DNA of 63,391 bases from an uncultured Planctomycetia bacterium (GTDB taxonomy: Bacteria; Omnitrophota; Gorgyraeia; Duberdicusellales; 4484-171), in the NCBI GenBank assembly GCA_964629785.1, contig CAZVRU010000005.1, positions 27,225 to 90,615 of the forward strand, given 5' to 3'. Position numbers and translations under genes: made by a program. Positions 28,172 through 38,642 of the stretch are shown piece by piece. The stretch's first letter is position 1. Each line of letters begins with the position of its first letter. The notes under the pieces are model-generated. The model was not told the origin of the DNA. It was given only the letters and a program-made list of their open reading frames with translations, and ran no database searches.

Positions 28172-28900
28172 ATGCGTAAAAATTTTACCCTGGTAGAGAT
28201 CGTGATCTCTCTGGCAGTGGTGCTTATTCTGGCGATGTCCGGGATAGTCGGGTACCGGCAGTTGCTGGATAACGCGCGTTAGCGTGTCTGCAAGACCAAT
28301 CTTAATGCTTTGACCGCGGCAGTCGAGATCTATGCCCTGGAGAACGATGTGGTGCCGGCGACTCTGGGCGAATTAGAGATCGAACATCTGCAGCGGGGCT
28401 ATGCCCGGGCTATAAACAGCCGTGACCTGGTTACCCGCGCTGCCTATGTTTTTGTTTCTTTTGACTGGTCTTGCCGCAAAGCGGCAGGTATTATGCCGGC
28501 CTATGCCTATAATTTTCTCAGCCCGGAAGAATTGGGAAAATACGGGGTCAAGATCGACATGTTCATCTGCCCGGCTGACGAAAACGGTCCGCCTTCCTAC
28601 GGCATCAATAATTCTATTGCCGGGAAAAGATGGCGGGATATTCCCGAAGACACGCTGATCGTGGGCGACTGCGATAAAACTGTTTTTTCCGGTGAACAAG
28701 ACCTGTCCTTACGTCATATCCGCAAAATAGGGTTGGAACATATTGCCCAGGGGATCAATAAAGGCAAATCAAACCAACAGATAACAGGCAGTGCTGCTAT
28801 AACAGGAAATACGGGCCCGGATCAGGAGTTAAAAGATAACCGCGGGAATCGTTGGGGGTTGTTGAGAAGATTGTTTGAGCTATTTTTTAAGGACAAATAA
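28172..28900 (+). pseudogene. Type IV pilin-like paralogue B with one in-frame TAG (pseudogene, readthrough or sequence error)
   Basis: AAAGGAG SD, ATG 28172 MRKN-FTLVEIVISLAVVLIL; TAG at codon 37 (28280-28282); the same frame continues to TAA 28900 and aligns with paralogue A on both sides of the stop. Confidence 0.8.
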
Positions 28901-28979
28901 ATAACAGGTTTAATGTGATTCAGAAAAAAACAGCGCTGCTGAAAAAATAATGTGAATTTTGAGCAAAGGACCTGGAGAA

Positions 28980-29018
28980 GCCCCGGGCAAAGACCTGTTC
29001 TGTCCCGGGGTCTTTTTT
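28980..29018 (+). terminator. Intrinsic terminator between pilin B and gap
   Basis: GCCCCGGG...CCCGGGGT stem followed by CTTTTTT. Confidence 0.55.
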
Positions 29019-29060
29019 ATTAAAAATTAATTGCATTTAAGATTGAAATTGTTATAATAA

Positions 29061-30128
<1,068 letters not shown>

Positions 30129-30205
30129 GTCATCGAAAAGATAATGATGATGTCCCGGTTTCGGGAAAAGATCCCGGACCGGGATCACGGCATCAGGAGG
30201 ATCGT

Positions 30206-31384
30206 ATGAATAAAGTAACAGTAAAGGATCTTGATCTTAAGGGAAAAAAAGTACTGGTCCGCGTGGATTATAATGTCCCTTTAGGCGAAGACGGCCGGAT
30301 AACCGACGATAACCGTATCCGGGCCAGTCTGGAAACTCTGCGTTATATCCTTGATGCCGGAGCCCGTAAAGTCATTCTGGTAAGTCATCTCGGCCGGCCC
30401 AAGGGACAGGTCGTGGATTCTCTGCGCCTGGACCCGGTAGCCAGAAAACTGCAGGAATTGATCGGCCAGCCGGTATTGAAGCTCGATAAGTGCGTGGGCG
30501 AAGAGGTCAATAAGGCCATCGAATCTCCTCAGACCAAGATCGTGCTTCTGGAAAATGTCCGTTTTTATTCTCAGGAGACCAAAGGCGACGAGGAATTTTC
30601 CCGCCAGCTCGCTTCTCTGGCCGATGTCTATGTAAACGATGCTTTCGGCACGGCACACCGGGCTCATGCTTCGACCACTATAGTCGCCGGATATCTTCCC
30701 TCGGCCATAGGTTTTCTGATCGAAAAAGAGATCACTTATTTAAGTAAAGCTTTGTCCCCGGAAAAACCGTATGTGATCATTCTGGGCGGAGCCAAGGTTT
30801 CGGATAAGATCGGTGTAGTGGATAATCTTATGGAAAAGGCCGATGTCTTTTTGATCGGCGGGGCAATGGCCTATACTTTTCTTAAAGCTCAGGATATCCC
30901 GGTCGGCAATTCGCGGGTGGAAGAGGATAAGGTCGAGCTGGCCAGAGAGATACTGACCAAGGCCGAAGAAAAGAACGTGCAGATAGTTCTGCCGGTCGAT
31001 CATGTAGCCGTGGAAAGTATCGATAAGCCGGAAACCAAGACAATAGCCGAAGAGATACCTGACGGATTCATGGGGGTCGATATCGGCCCCATAACCATAA
31101 ATACTTTTGCCGATATATTGAAAAAAGCCAAAACAGTTCTCTGGAACGGTCCGGTGGGGATCTTTGAGAATCCCAGGTATGCCGAAGGAACAAAAGAAAT
31201 AGCCATGACCCTGGGGGATCTGGTCGGGGTTACGGTTATCGTAGGGGGCGGCGATTCGGCTGCCGCGGCCAGCGAATTCAGCGTCAAAGACAAGCTGTCG
31301 CATGTTTCCACCGGCGGCGGCGCGTCCCTGGAATTTCTGGAAGGTAAAGAACTGCCCGGTATCGCGGCCATATCCGATAAGTAA
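30206..31384 (+). CDS. pgk: Phosphoglycerate kinase
   Basis: VRVDYNVP, SHLGRPKG, LENVRF, NDAFGTAHRAH, STGGGASLE; AGGAGG SD before ATG 30206. Confidence 0.97.
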   Translation: MNKVTVKDLDLKGKKVLVRVDYNVPLGEDGRITDDNRIRASLETLRYILDAGARKVILVSHLGRPKGQVVDSLRLDPVARKLQELIGQPVLKLDKCVGEEVNKAIESPQTKIVLLENVRFYSQETKGDEEFSRQLASLADVYVNDAFGTAHRAHASTTIVAGYLPSAIGFLIEKEITYLSKALSPEKPYVIILGGAKVSDKIGVVDNLMEKADVFLIGGAMAYTFLKAQDIPVGNSRVEEDKVELAREILTKAEEKNVQIVLPVDHVAVESIDKPETKTIAEEIPDGFMGVDIGPITINTFADILKKAKTVLWNGPVGIFENPRYAEGTKEIAMTLGDLVGVTVIVGGGDSAAAASEFSVKDKLSHVSTGGGASLEFLEGKELPGIAAISDK

Positions 31385-31389
31385 AAGCA

Positions 31390-31515
31390 GGGTGTAGGGG
31401 TTAGCGGTCAGGGGTTAGGGCCGCACTTCGTGCGGAAGGGAAAATATATTAACTCTTTACTTGTAACTTGTAATTTTTTTCTGTAAACCATCGACTATAG
31501 ACTATCGACCATAGA
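31390..31515. repeat. Heptamer mosaic between pgk and tpiA
   Basis: GGGTGTA GGGGTTA GCGGTCA GGGGTTA, hairpin CCGCAC-TTC-GTGCGG (31421-31435), TACTTGT AACTTGT, CCATCGA CTATAGA CTATCGA CCATAGA (31488-31515). Confidence 0.88.
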
Positions 31516-31550
31516 CGTATAACGAAGATACATTAAGAAGGAGAGAACAG

Positions 31551-32324
31551 ATGCGAAAACCCATGATTGCCGGCAACTGGAAGATGTATAAAACGATCAA
31601 TGAAGCCCTGGAACTTACCACTGCGCTGAAGAAAGAACTGGCTCAGGTCCAGGCCGCGGATGTGGTCGTCTGTCCTGTTTTTACGGCGCTGAACAGCGTG
31701 TTTCAGAATATCGGCGATAGCGAAATAGGCCTGGGTGCCCAGGATCTGTACTGGGAAAAAGAAGGCGCGTTTACCGGAGAGATCTCTCCGATCATGATCA
31801 AGGATTGCGGATGCGATTATGTGATCGTCGGACATTCGGAACGCCGTAAATATTTCGGCGAGACTGATGCCGATGTCAATAAAAAGGTCAAGGCCGCATT
31901 GGCCGTAGGCCTGACACCGATCATGTGCATAGGCGAGACTCTGGAACAGCGGGAAAAAAACGAGACTCTGGAAGTGGTTACCCGGCAGCTGAACGGCGGG
32001 TTCGCAGGAATCGAGAAGTTCGATGCCATGAACGTGGTCATTGCCTATGAACCGATATGGGCTATCGGTACCGGCAAGACCGCTACTCCGGCCCAGGCAC
32101 AGGAAGTACACGGGGCCATTCGCAAATGGCTTACTGATAAGTATACTTCGGGAGCTTCCGACACAATGCGTGTCCTTTACGGCGGCAGCGTCAAGCCGGA
32201 AAATATAAAAGAACTGATGAGCCAGGAAGATATCGACGGGGCCCTGGTCGGCGGCGCGTCCCTGAAAGCCGGTTCATTTATTGATATTGTAAAAAACTCC
32301 CTTTTGCCGGATAATAAGAGTTAA
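31551..32324 (+). CDS. tpiA: Triosephosphate isomerase
   Basis: AGNWKM, GHSERR, AYEPIWAIGTG, LVGGASL. Confidence 0.98.
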   Translation: MRKPMIAGNWKMYKTINEALELTTALKKELAQVQAADVVVCPVFTALNSVFQNIGDSEIGLGAQDLYWEKEGAFTGEISPIMIKDCGCDYVIVGHSERRKYFGETDADVNKKVKAALAVGLTPIMCIGETLEQREKNETLEVVTRQLNGGFAGIEKFDAMNVVIAYEPIWAIGTGKTATPAQAQEVHGAIRKWLTDKYTSGASDTMRVLYGGSVKPENIKELMSQEDIDGALVGGASLKAGSFIDIVKNSLLPDNKS

Positions 32325-32345
32325 TTACGAGGTAATCAAAACGAC

Positions 32346-32711
32346 ATGTATACTTTTGTGCTGGCTATTCATATCATCGTGGTGATCGGGTTACTTGCCC
32401 TTATTCTCATTCAGAGAGGGAGAAGCGGCGGTCTGGTCGAGGCCCTGGGAGGAGTGGAATCGATATTCGGAACAAAGACCAGCGGCCTTTTCGTGAAACT
32501 GACCGTAACGCTTGCTATTCTTTTCTTTGTCACCTCTATCTCTCTTGCCTATCTTTCCAAGCAGAGGAGTAAGTCTCTTTTCGAGACATTACCTGTCAGG
32601 GAAGAGGCAGGAGAAAACAAAGAAGAGACTGCTTTGGCTGTTCAGGAAGAAGCACCTGCGCAGGCAGAGCCGGCGGCCACTGCTCCCCAGGCTGATGAGA
32701 ACAGTAAGTAA
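32346..32711 (+). CDS. secG: Preprotein translocase subunit SecG
   Basis: Two TM with ILIQRGRSGGL...FG linker, follows tpiA. Confidence 0.9.
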   Translation: MYTFVLAIHIIVVIGLLALILIQRGRSGGLVEALGGVESIFGTKTSGLFVKLTVTLAILFFVTSISLAYLSKQRSKSLFETLPVREEAGENKEETALAVQEEAPAQAEPAATAPQADENSK

Positions 32712-34431
32712 AGCCCTTTTTATCATTCTGACCTGTGTATTCTTTTCTGCTCCGGTCCGGGCCGGAGTATGGGAGGAACCTGTTACCAGTTATACCCTGC
32801 ATTGCGGTCAGCCCGGCGGCCGGCTTATTTTTTCCACGACCAGTGATCCCAAATCATTCAATCCCGTAGTTGCCAAAGAAACTTCGACCACGGCTATCAC
32901 CGGTTTTTTATTCGAAGGTCTTACCGATACCGATCCTCTTACCCTGGAAGTGATACCCTGTCTTGCCGAAAGCTGGGAAAGCGAAAACGGTAAAGTATGG
33001 ACTTTTCATCTGCGCCGCGACGTGCGCTGGAATGACGGACAGCCGTTTACGGCCGATGATGTAGTCTTTACCTATAATCAGCTTATCTACAATCCCGATA
33101 TTCCCAGTTCAAGCCGTGATATCTTTACCCTGGAGGGAAAACCGATCATCGTGGAAAAGATCGATGATTATACGGTACGATTCACTCTTCCCTCTGTGTT
33201 CGCCCCTTTTCTGAAAGCTCTGGGCGATGATATCCTGCCCCGACATAAATACGAGCCGCTGGTCGAAAAAAAAGCTTTTAATTTCAGCATGGGCCTTGAT
33301 GCCCGGCCCCGGGATATCGTGGGCAGCGGCCCTTTCCGCCTGAAACAGTATGTACCCGGCGAACGGGTGGTGCTGGAGAAAAATCCCTATTACTGGAAAA
33401 AAGACGATTGCCAACAGGCCCTGCCTTATCTAAACGAGATAATTTTCGTGGTGGTCCAGGACGAGAACGCGGCTTTGCTCAGGTTCATGGAAAAAGAGAT
33501 AGATTATTTCGGGATGAACCCGCAGTCTCTGGCCATCCTCGGTCCCCGCCAGGAAAAAGACAGTTTTACCATTTATAATGCCGGTCCGGCTCTGGGCACC
33601 AATTTTGTGGTTTTTAATCAGCATCCCGGCATCAATCCCCAGACAAAAAAACCTTTTGTCGCTCGCTGTAAGCTGAAATGGTTTCAGGATGAACGGTTTC
33701 GAAAGGCTGTTTCCTGGGCCATCGACCGGCAGAAAATAATCGATGTGGTCTTCAACGGTCTGGGGGTGGCTATTGATTCTCCGGTCAGCCCGGCTAACCC
33801 GCTTTTTTATAATCCCGATGTTATCCGTTATTCTTATGATCCGGATAAGGCCCGTCAGCTTCTGGCTGAAGCCGGTTTTCGGGACCGCGATAACGACGGT
33901 ATTATCGAAGATAGTCAGGGTAATAAAGTGGAAATAAGTTTTTTTACCAACGGCGACAACAACCTGCGCATTGTCATGGCCACTCTGGTCAAAAAAGATC
34001 TGGAAAATATCGGCATGAAGATAAATTTTCTTCCTCTGGAGTTCAATAATCTGGTTACCAAACTGGTGGCCAGTTTTGACTGGGAAATGATTCTGCTGGG
34101 GTTTACCGGCGGGGTAGAGCCGCACTTCGGGAAAAATGTCTGGTCCTATTCAGGGACCCTGCATGCCTGGAACCAGTCCAAACAACCTCTTTATCCCTGG
34201 GAAAAAGAGATCGAGTCTATTTTCGATCAGGGGGTGAAAACGCTCGATCCGGCGGAGCGGAAAGAATTTTATGACCGCTGGCAATATATAGTTTCCGATA
34301 AACTTCCTCTGATCTACACGGCTACCGGTTATACCCTGTACGCGGTGCGTAATAAATTCGGTAATGTTTATCCTACGGTCTACGGCGGCGCCTTCGGCCA
34401 TATCGAAAATGTTTATATTTTAAAACAATGA
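32695..34431 (+). CDS. oppA: Peptide ABC transporter substrate-binding protein (family 5)
   Basis: Signal peptide from ATG 32695, DPKSFNP, LAESW, WNDGQPFTADDV.FTY, GSGPF.L, RKAVSWAIDR. Confidence 0.88.
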   Translation: MRTVSKALFIILTCVFFSAPVRAGVWEEPVTSYTLHCGQPGGRLIFSTTSDPKSFNPVVAKETSTTAITGFLFEGLTDTDPLTLEVIPCLAESWESENGKVWTFHLRRDVRWNDGQPFTADDVVFTYNQLIYNPDIPSSSRDIFTLEGKPIIVEKIDDYTVRFTLPSVFAPFLKALGDDILPRHKYEPLVEKKAFNFSMGLDARPRDIVGSGPFRLKQYVPGERVVLEKNPYYWKKDDCQQALPYLNEIIFVVVQDENAALLRFMEKEIDYFGMNPQSLAILGPRQEKDSFTIYNAGPALGTNFVVFNQHPGINPQTKKPFVARCKLKWFQDERFRKAVSWAIDRQKIIDVVFNGLGVAIDSPVSPANPLFYNPDVIRYSYDPDKARQLLAEAGFRDRDNDGIIEDSQGNKVEISFFTNGDNNLRIVMATLVKKDLENIGMKINFLPLEFNNLVTKLVASFDWEMILLGFTGGVEPHFGKNVWSYSGTLHAWNQSKQPLYPWEKEIESIFDQGVKTLDPAERKEFYDRWQYIVSDKLPLIYTATGYTLYAVRNKFGNVYPTVYGGAFGHIENVYILKQ

Positions 34432-35399
34432 TACGTTTTGTCTTAAAACGTCTATTGATCACTGTACCTCTTCTCCTGGGCATGACCTTTTTGACTTTTT
34501 TTCTTATACAGCTGGCGCCGGGAGATTTTCTCGATACCCTGCGGCTTAATCCCCAGATATCGGAGGATACGATCGCTCTTTATAAACAGACCTTTAATCT
34601 CGACAAACCGGTGATCGTTCAGTACCTGGTCTGGCTGAAAAATATTTTCCGCGGTCAGTGGGGATACTCTTTTGCCTATAAAGCGCCGGTGCTCACGGTC
34701 ATTTCTTCCCGGGCCCTGAACACTCTGCTTCTTTCCTTATCGGCCATTGTTTTTACCTGGCTTTTGGTGATCCCTCTGGGAGTGATCGTGGCTCTGCATC
34801 ATAAAATAGCAGCCGAGAAGATCGTGTCTTTTTTTTCCTATCTGGCTATTTCCAGTCCGTCTTTTTTTATTGCTTTTCTTCTTTTGTACGGGGCCACTTT
34901 TCTGCATTTTCTGCCTCTGGGCGGCATGCGGTCTCTGGGTTATTATGAGCTGTCTCCGCTGGCCAGGATTTTCGATATTGCCCGGCATCTGATCATCCCT
35001 ACCCTTGCTTTATCTCTGGGCAGTATTGCTTCTTTGCAGAGGATAATGAAGGCTAATCTGCTCGAGGTCATGGGCTCCCCCTATATACTGGCGGCCCAGG
35101 CCCGCGGTCTTTCCCGGCGGCGGATCCTTTATGTCCATGCTTTGAAAAACGCTTTTAATCCCATGATCACTATTTTCGGATATCAGTTTTCGGCGCTGCT
35201 GAGCGGCGCGGCATTTATCGAAATAGTCACCGGCTGGCCCGGTCTGGGCACTGTACTGCTTGAGGCAGTGCGTTCCCAGGATCTTTACCTGGTAATGGGC
35301 TCGGCAGTGATCGGAGGATTGATGCTTATTGCCGGTAATCTTCTGGCCGATATCATGCTGGCAATATGGGACCCGCGGATACGATATGGAGGAAAGTAA
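34428..35399 (+). CDS. oppB: Peptide ABC transporter permease B
   Basis: LAPGD, WGYSF, AAQARGL, HALKNA, WPGLG. Confidence 0.92.
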   Translation: MIRFVLKRLLITVPLLLGMTFLTFFLIQLAPGDFLDTLRLNPQISEDTIALYKQTFNLDKPVIVQYLVWLKNIFRGQWGYSFAYKAPVLTVISSRALNTLLLSLSAIVFTWLLVIPLGVIVALHHKIAAEKIVSFFSYLAISSPSFFIAFLLLYGATFLHFLPLGGMRSLGYYELSPLARIFDIARHLIIPTLALSLGSIASLQRIMKANLLEVMGSPYILAAQARGLSRRRILYVHALKNAFNPMITIFGYQFSALLSGAAFIEIVTGWPGLGTVLLEAVRSQDLYLVMGSAVIGGLMLIAGNLLADIMLAIWDPRIRYGGK

Positions 35400-35612
35400 G
35401 ATAAATGTCAGACGTGAGACGTCCGTCCTGCCCGCCATTTTCAATGGCGAGGCGGACTAAGACGAAGGACGATACCGCTTTGCGGAGTTATAAATTATGA
35501 ATTAGAGTATTGTCAATGGTCGATAGCCGATAGTAAGAGACATGCCATTTAAATTATAATCGCCATCGACAATAGACCATAGACTGTCGACTGTAAACTG
35601 CCGAAGGCAAAA
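35400..35612. repeat. Heptamer mosaic between oppB and oppC
   Basis: GTCAGAC GTGAGAC, CCTGCC[CGCCATT-TTC-AATGGCG]AGGCGG (35427-35455), TAAGACG AAGGACG, CCGC-TTT-GCGG, TGGTCGA TAGCCGA, CCATCGA/CCATAGA/CTGTCGA run, TGCC-GAA-GGCA (35599-35609). Confidence 0.88.
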
Positions 35613-35614
35613 TT

Positions 35615-36676
35615 ATGAGTACTTTTAAGGAATTGATCAAAAACAGGCTGGCTTTAATGGCGATGATAGGGCTGGGCGCTCTTTATATAGCTGCCGTGTT
35701 CGCGCCTTTTTTCGCGCCGTATCATTACGATGATCAGGCCGTAGACAAGCTGTGGAGCGCGCCGACCAAAGTGCACTTTTTCGACCGGGAAAAAAAGATG
35801 TATTTCAAACCCTTTGTCTATGGGCAGACCATGACCGTGGATAAATATTTCCGGCGCGTTTACAGCGAAGACCGGACAAAGGTGTATCCGCTGCGTTTTT
35901 TCGTGCGGGGTTTTAAATACCGCTTGTTCGGTCTGGTAAGCAGCGACCTTCATCTGTTCGGAACAAATAAAGGGCGGATATATCTGCTGGGGGCCGATCT
36001 GAAAGGAAGGGATATCTTTTCCCGCATCATCTACGGAGCCAGGATATCCCTGTCCATCGGTATTATCGGTTCGCTGATATCGTTTGCCCTGGGTATCCTG
36101 CTGGGCAGTATTTCCGGTTATTACGGAGGAAAGATCGATACCCTGCTAATGCGTATAGTAGAAATGATCATGATGCTTCCCGGTTTTTATCTGATGCTGG
36201 CTTTGCGTGCCGCTCTTCCGCCGCACCTCAGCACTACTCAGATATACCTCTGGATGGTGGTGGTATTTTCTTTTATCGGCTGGGCTTCTCTGGCCCGGGT
36301 TATCAGGGGTCAGGCTTTGTCCTTAAGGGAGCGCGATTATGTCTATGCGGCTAAGGCCATGGGCATTGCCGATCTGAAGATAATCATCAGGCATATCATA
36401 CCGCATACTTTTTCCTATGCGATAGTGGCGATCGTGCTCAGTATTCCCGGCTATATTTTAAGCGAGTCGGCTTTGAGCCTGATCGGTCTGGGCATCCAGG
36501 AACCAGAAGCAAGCTGGGGCAATCTTCTTTCGGCAGCCATGGGTATAGTAAATATCAAGCTTTATCCCTGGATACTTTTTCCCGGTATATTCATTATTGT
36601 CGCTACCATGTGTTTTTATGTCATCGGCGAAGCGTTAAGGGATGTGATGGACCCCAAACGAAAAATGAAACTGTAG
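35615..36676 (+). CDS. oppC: Peptide ABC transporter permease C
   Basis: LGADLKGRDIFSRIIYGARISL, AAKAMG, ESALS.IGLG, SWG. Confidence 0.92.
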   Translation: MSTFKELIKNRLALMAMIGLGALYIAAVFAPFFAPYHYDDQAVDKLWSAPTKVHFFDREKKMYFKPFVYGQTMTVDKYFRRVYSEDRTKVYPLRFFVRGFKYRLFGLVSSDLHLFGTNKGRIYLLGADLKGRDIFSRIIYGARISLSIGIIGSLISFALGILLGSISGYYGGKIDTLLMRIVEMIMMLPGFYLMLALRAALPPHLSTTQIYLWMVVVFSFIGWASLARVIRGQALSLRERDYVYAAKAMGIADLKIIIRHIIPHTFSYAIVAIVLSIPGYILSESALSLIGLGIQEPEASWGNLLSAAMGIVNIKLYPWILFPGIFIIVATMCFYVIGEALRDVMDPKRKMKL

Positions 36677-36829
36677 TCGTATATAGTTTACCCCACATTT
36701 CCCTGTGGGTAATAACGGATACTGCGTGCGGAAGCGCGCCGAGGATAAAATATAAGAAAAATAAAAGGACGCGAGGATCAAGTATCTAACATCTTTCTCT
36801 CTACTCTCTACTTGCTACTCGCTACTTTT
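36674..36829. repeat. Heptamer mosaic between oppC and oppD
   Basis: CCCACA-TTTCCC-TGTGGG hairpin, then CTCTCTA CTCTCTA CTTGCTA CTCGCTA CTTTT (36797-36829). Confidence 0.8.
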
Positions 36830-36848
36830 CAAGATGGACAGGTAACCT

Positions 36849-37637
36849 ATGGACCCTATTCTAAAAGTAAAAGAACTGAGTGTCGAGTATAAAACCGCTT
36901 ACGGTACTGCCCGGGCTTTGCAGAAAGTAAGTTTTACTGTAGAGCAGGGGGAGATAATGGGTATTGTCGGCGAATCAGGCAGCGGTAAAAGCACTCTTGG
37001 CCTCTCGATACTGGGATTGCTTCCTGAGAATGCCGCGGTCCGGGGAGAGATCCTGCTCCGGGGACAGGATATTTTTTCTCTGAACCCGGCCCGGCTTCGT
37101 CTGGTGCGCGGCCGCCAGGCAGGAATGGTCTTTCAGGCCCCGGCTTCGTCTTTTAATCCGGTTTTGAGCATCGAGTATCAGTTTCGGGAAGTGTTGCAGG
37201 AGAATCTTGCCGGGAAAGACCGCAAAAAGATCCCGGATCTGATGAACGATTTTTTCCGGAAAGTAAGGCTGCCTGACCCTCAGCGAATACTGAAAAGTTA
37301 TCCGCATCAGCTTTCCGGCGGTCAGCTTCAGCGGGTTGCCCTGGCCATGGCTCTGGCAACCGGTCCCCGCATCCTTATTGCCGATGAGCCGACTTCTAGC
37401 CTGGATGTGACCGTGGAGAGCCAGATCATTAATCTGCTGAGGCAGTTAAAGAACGAATTGGATATTTCTATAGTTTTCATCACTCATAATCTGGATCTGG
37501 TGGAAGTTTTATGTGACCGTGTCTGCGTTCTTTATAAAGGGGTGGTCAGAGAAATAAAAACCAAAAACGAACTTTTTCAGAATCCGGCCGATGATTATAC
37601 GCGGGAATTATTAAGGTCACTCAGGGAGCTGGCATGA
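36849..37637 (+). CDS. oppD: Peptide ABC transporter ATPase D
   Basis: GESGSGKST, YPHQLSGGQLQR, ADEPT. Confidence 0.92.
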   Translation: MDPILKVKELSVEYKTAYGTARALQKVSFTVEQGEIMGIVGESGSGKSTLGLSILGLLPENAAVRGEILLRGQDIFSLNPARLRLVRGRQAGMVFQAPASSFNPVLSIEYQFREVLQENLAGKDRKKIPDLMNDFFRKVRLPDPQRILKSYPHQLSGGQLQRVALAMALATGPRILIADEPTSSLDVTVESQIINLLRQLKNELDISIVFITHNLDLVEVLCDRVCVLYKGVVREIKTKNELFQNPADDYTRELLRSLRELA

Positions 37638-38545
37638 ACGATAAAAATGTGTTGCTGGAAACAAAAAAACTGAGCAAGTATTTCTTCCATGCCCAAGGAG
37701 AAGTGCGCGCTCTGGACGATATAACGATCAGCGCTTATCAGGCCAGGACCGCGGCCCTGGTGGGCGAATCAGGCTGCGGCAAGACGACTTTCGCCAAGAC
37801 CGTGATGGGGCTTTACCGTCCGGACAGCGGCACTATCGCTTACCGGCGGCGCCCTGTAGACGATGCCCGCAGTCAGTCTTTTCTGCGCAGCAAAGTCCGG
37901 ATCGTATTCCAGGACCCTTTTTCAAGCGTCGATCCGCGCTGTTCCCTTTTTACGATTTTGGATGAAGCCTTAAGTGTGTTTAAAAAGATCCGGCGCGGTC
38001 AGGCCAGGGAAATATGCGGCGAGCTTTTGAAGAACGTGGAGCTGGATCCCGAACTTCTAAATCGTTATCCTCATCAGGTGTCGGGCGGTCAGCTTCAGAG
38101 ACTATGTATTGCCCGCAGTCTGGTCAATGATCCGGAGATGATCATTCTCGATGAGCCGACTTCCAGCCTCGATGTGACCACAGCTTCCCGGATAATCTCG
38201 CTTTTGCAGAAGCTGCAGGATGAATTAAACATCGGTTATCTGTTTATTTCGCATAATTTAAAACTGGTACGGCACTTGGCCCATTTTATTTATGTGATGT
38301 ATAAGGGACAGGTAGTGGAATGGGGAGATATGGACCGGGTCTATGAAAACCCGGCTCATCCTTATACCCGGCTTCTTTTGCAGGCAGCATCGTACCGTCT
38401 GAAAGAATTTCCGGTATATGAGGAGAAAAGGGAGCAGGGATGCGTTTTTCTGCAGCGCTGTCCGGCCCGCCAGGAAAGATGCCGGCAGGTCATACCCCTT
38501 AAAAAAATAGGCGAGCAGCACTGGGTCCGCTGCTGTAATGCCTGA
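37634..38545 (+). CDS. oppF: Peptide ABC transporter ATPase F
   Basis: GESGCGKT, YPHQVSGGQ, HPYT, C-terminal GCVFLQRCP...C...VRC oligo_HPY tail. Confidence 0.92.
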   Translation: MNDKNVLLETKKLSKYFFHAQGEVRALDDITISAYQARTAALVGESGCGKTTFAKTVMGLYRPDSGTIAYRRRPVDDARSQSFLRSKVRIVFQDPFSSVDPRCSLFTILDEALSVFKKIRRGQAREICGELLKNVELDPELLNRYPHQVSGGQLQRLCIARSLVNDPEMIILDEPTSSLDVTTASRIISLLQKLQDELNIGYLFISHNLKLVRHLAHFIYVMYKGQVVEWGDMDRVYENPAHPYTRLLLQAASYRLKEFPVYEEKREQGCVFLQRCPARQERCRQVIPLKKIGEQHWVRCCNA

Positions 38546-38562
38546 CCCGGTTCTTAATTGAT

Positions 38563-38591
38563 TTGACACTGTATATCAGGTTATATATAAT
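38563..38591 (+). promoter_or_regulatory. Consensus sigma70 promoter of the lysS operon
   Basis: Perfect TTGACA-17 bp-TATAAT, 51 bp upstream of lysS. Confidence 0.8.
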
Positions 38592-38642
38592 AGCCTGTAC
38601 ATTATAAACGGCGCAAAAGTCTGTTATCAGAGAAGGAAAACC

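Noticed and set aside
28960-29020. GCAAAG/GGCAAA motifs near the c-di-GMP cluster suggesting a c-di-GMP-I riboswitch
   Set aside because: The GNRA tetraloop/receptor two-stem architecture could not be built; a simple terminator explains the sequence. An Infernal/Rfam scan would be decisive.
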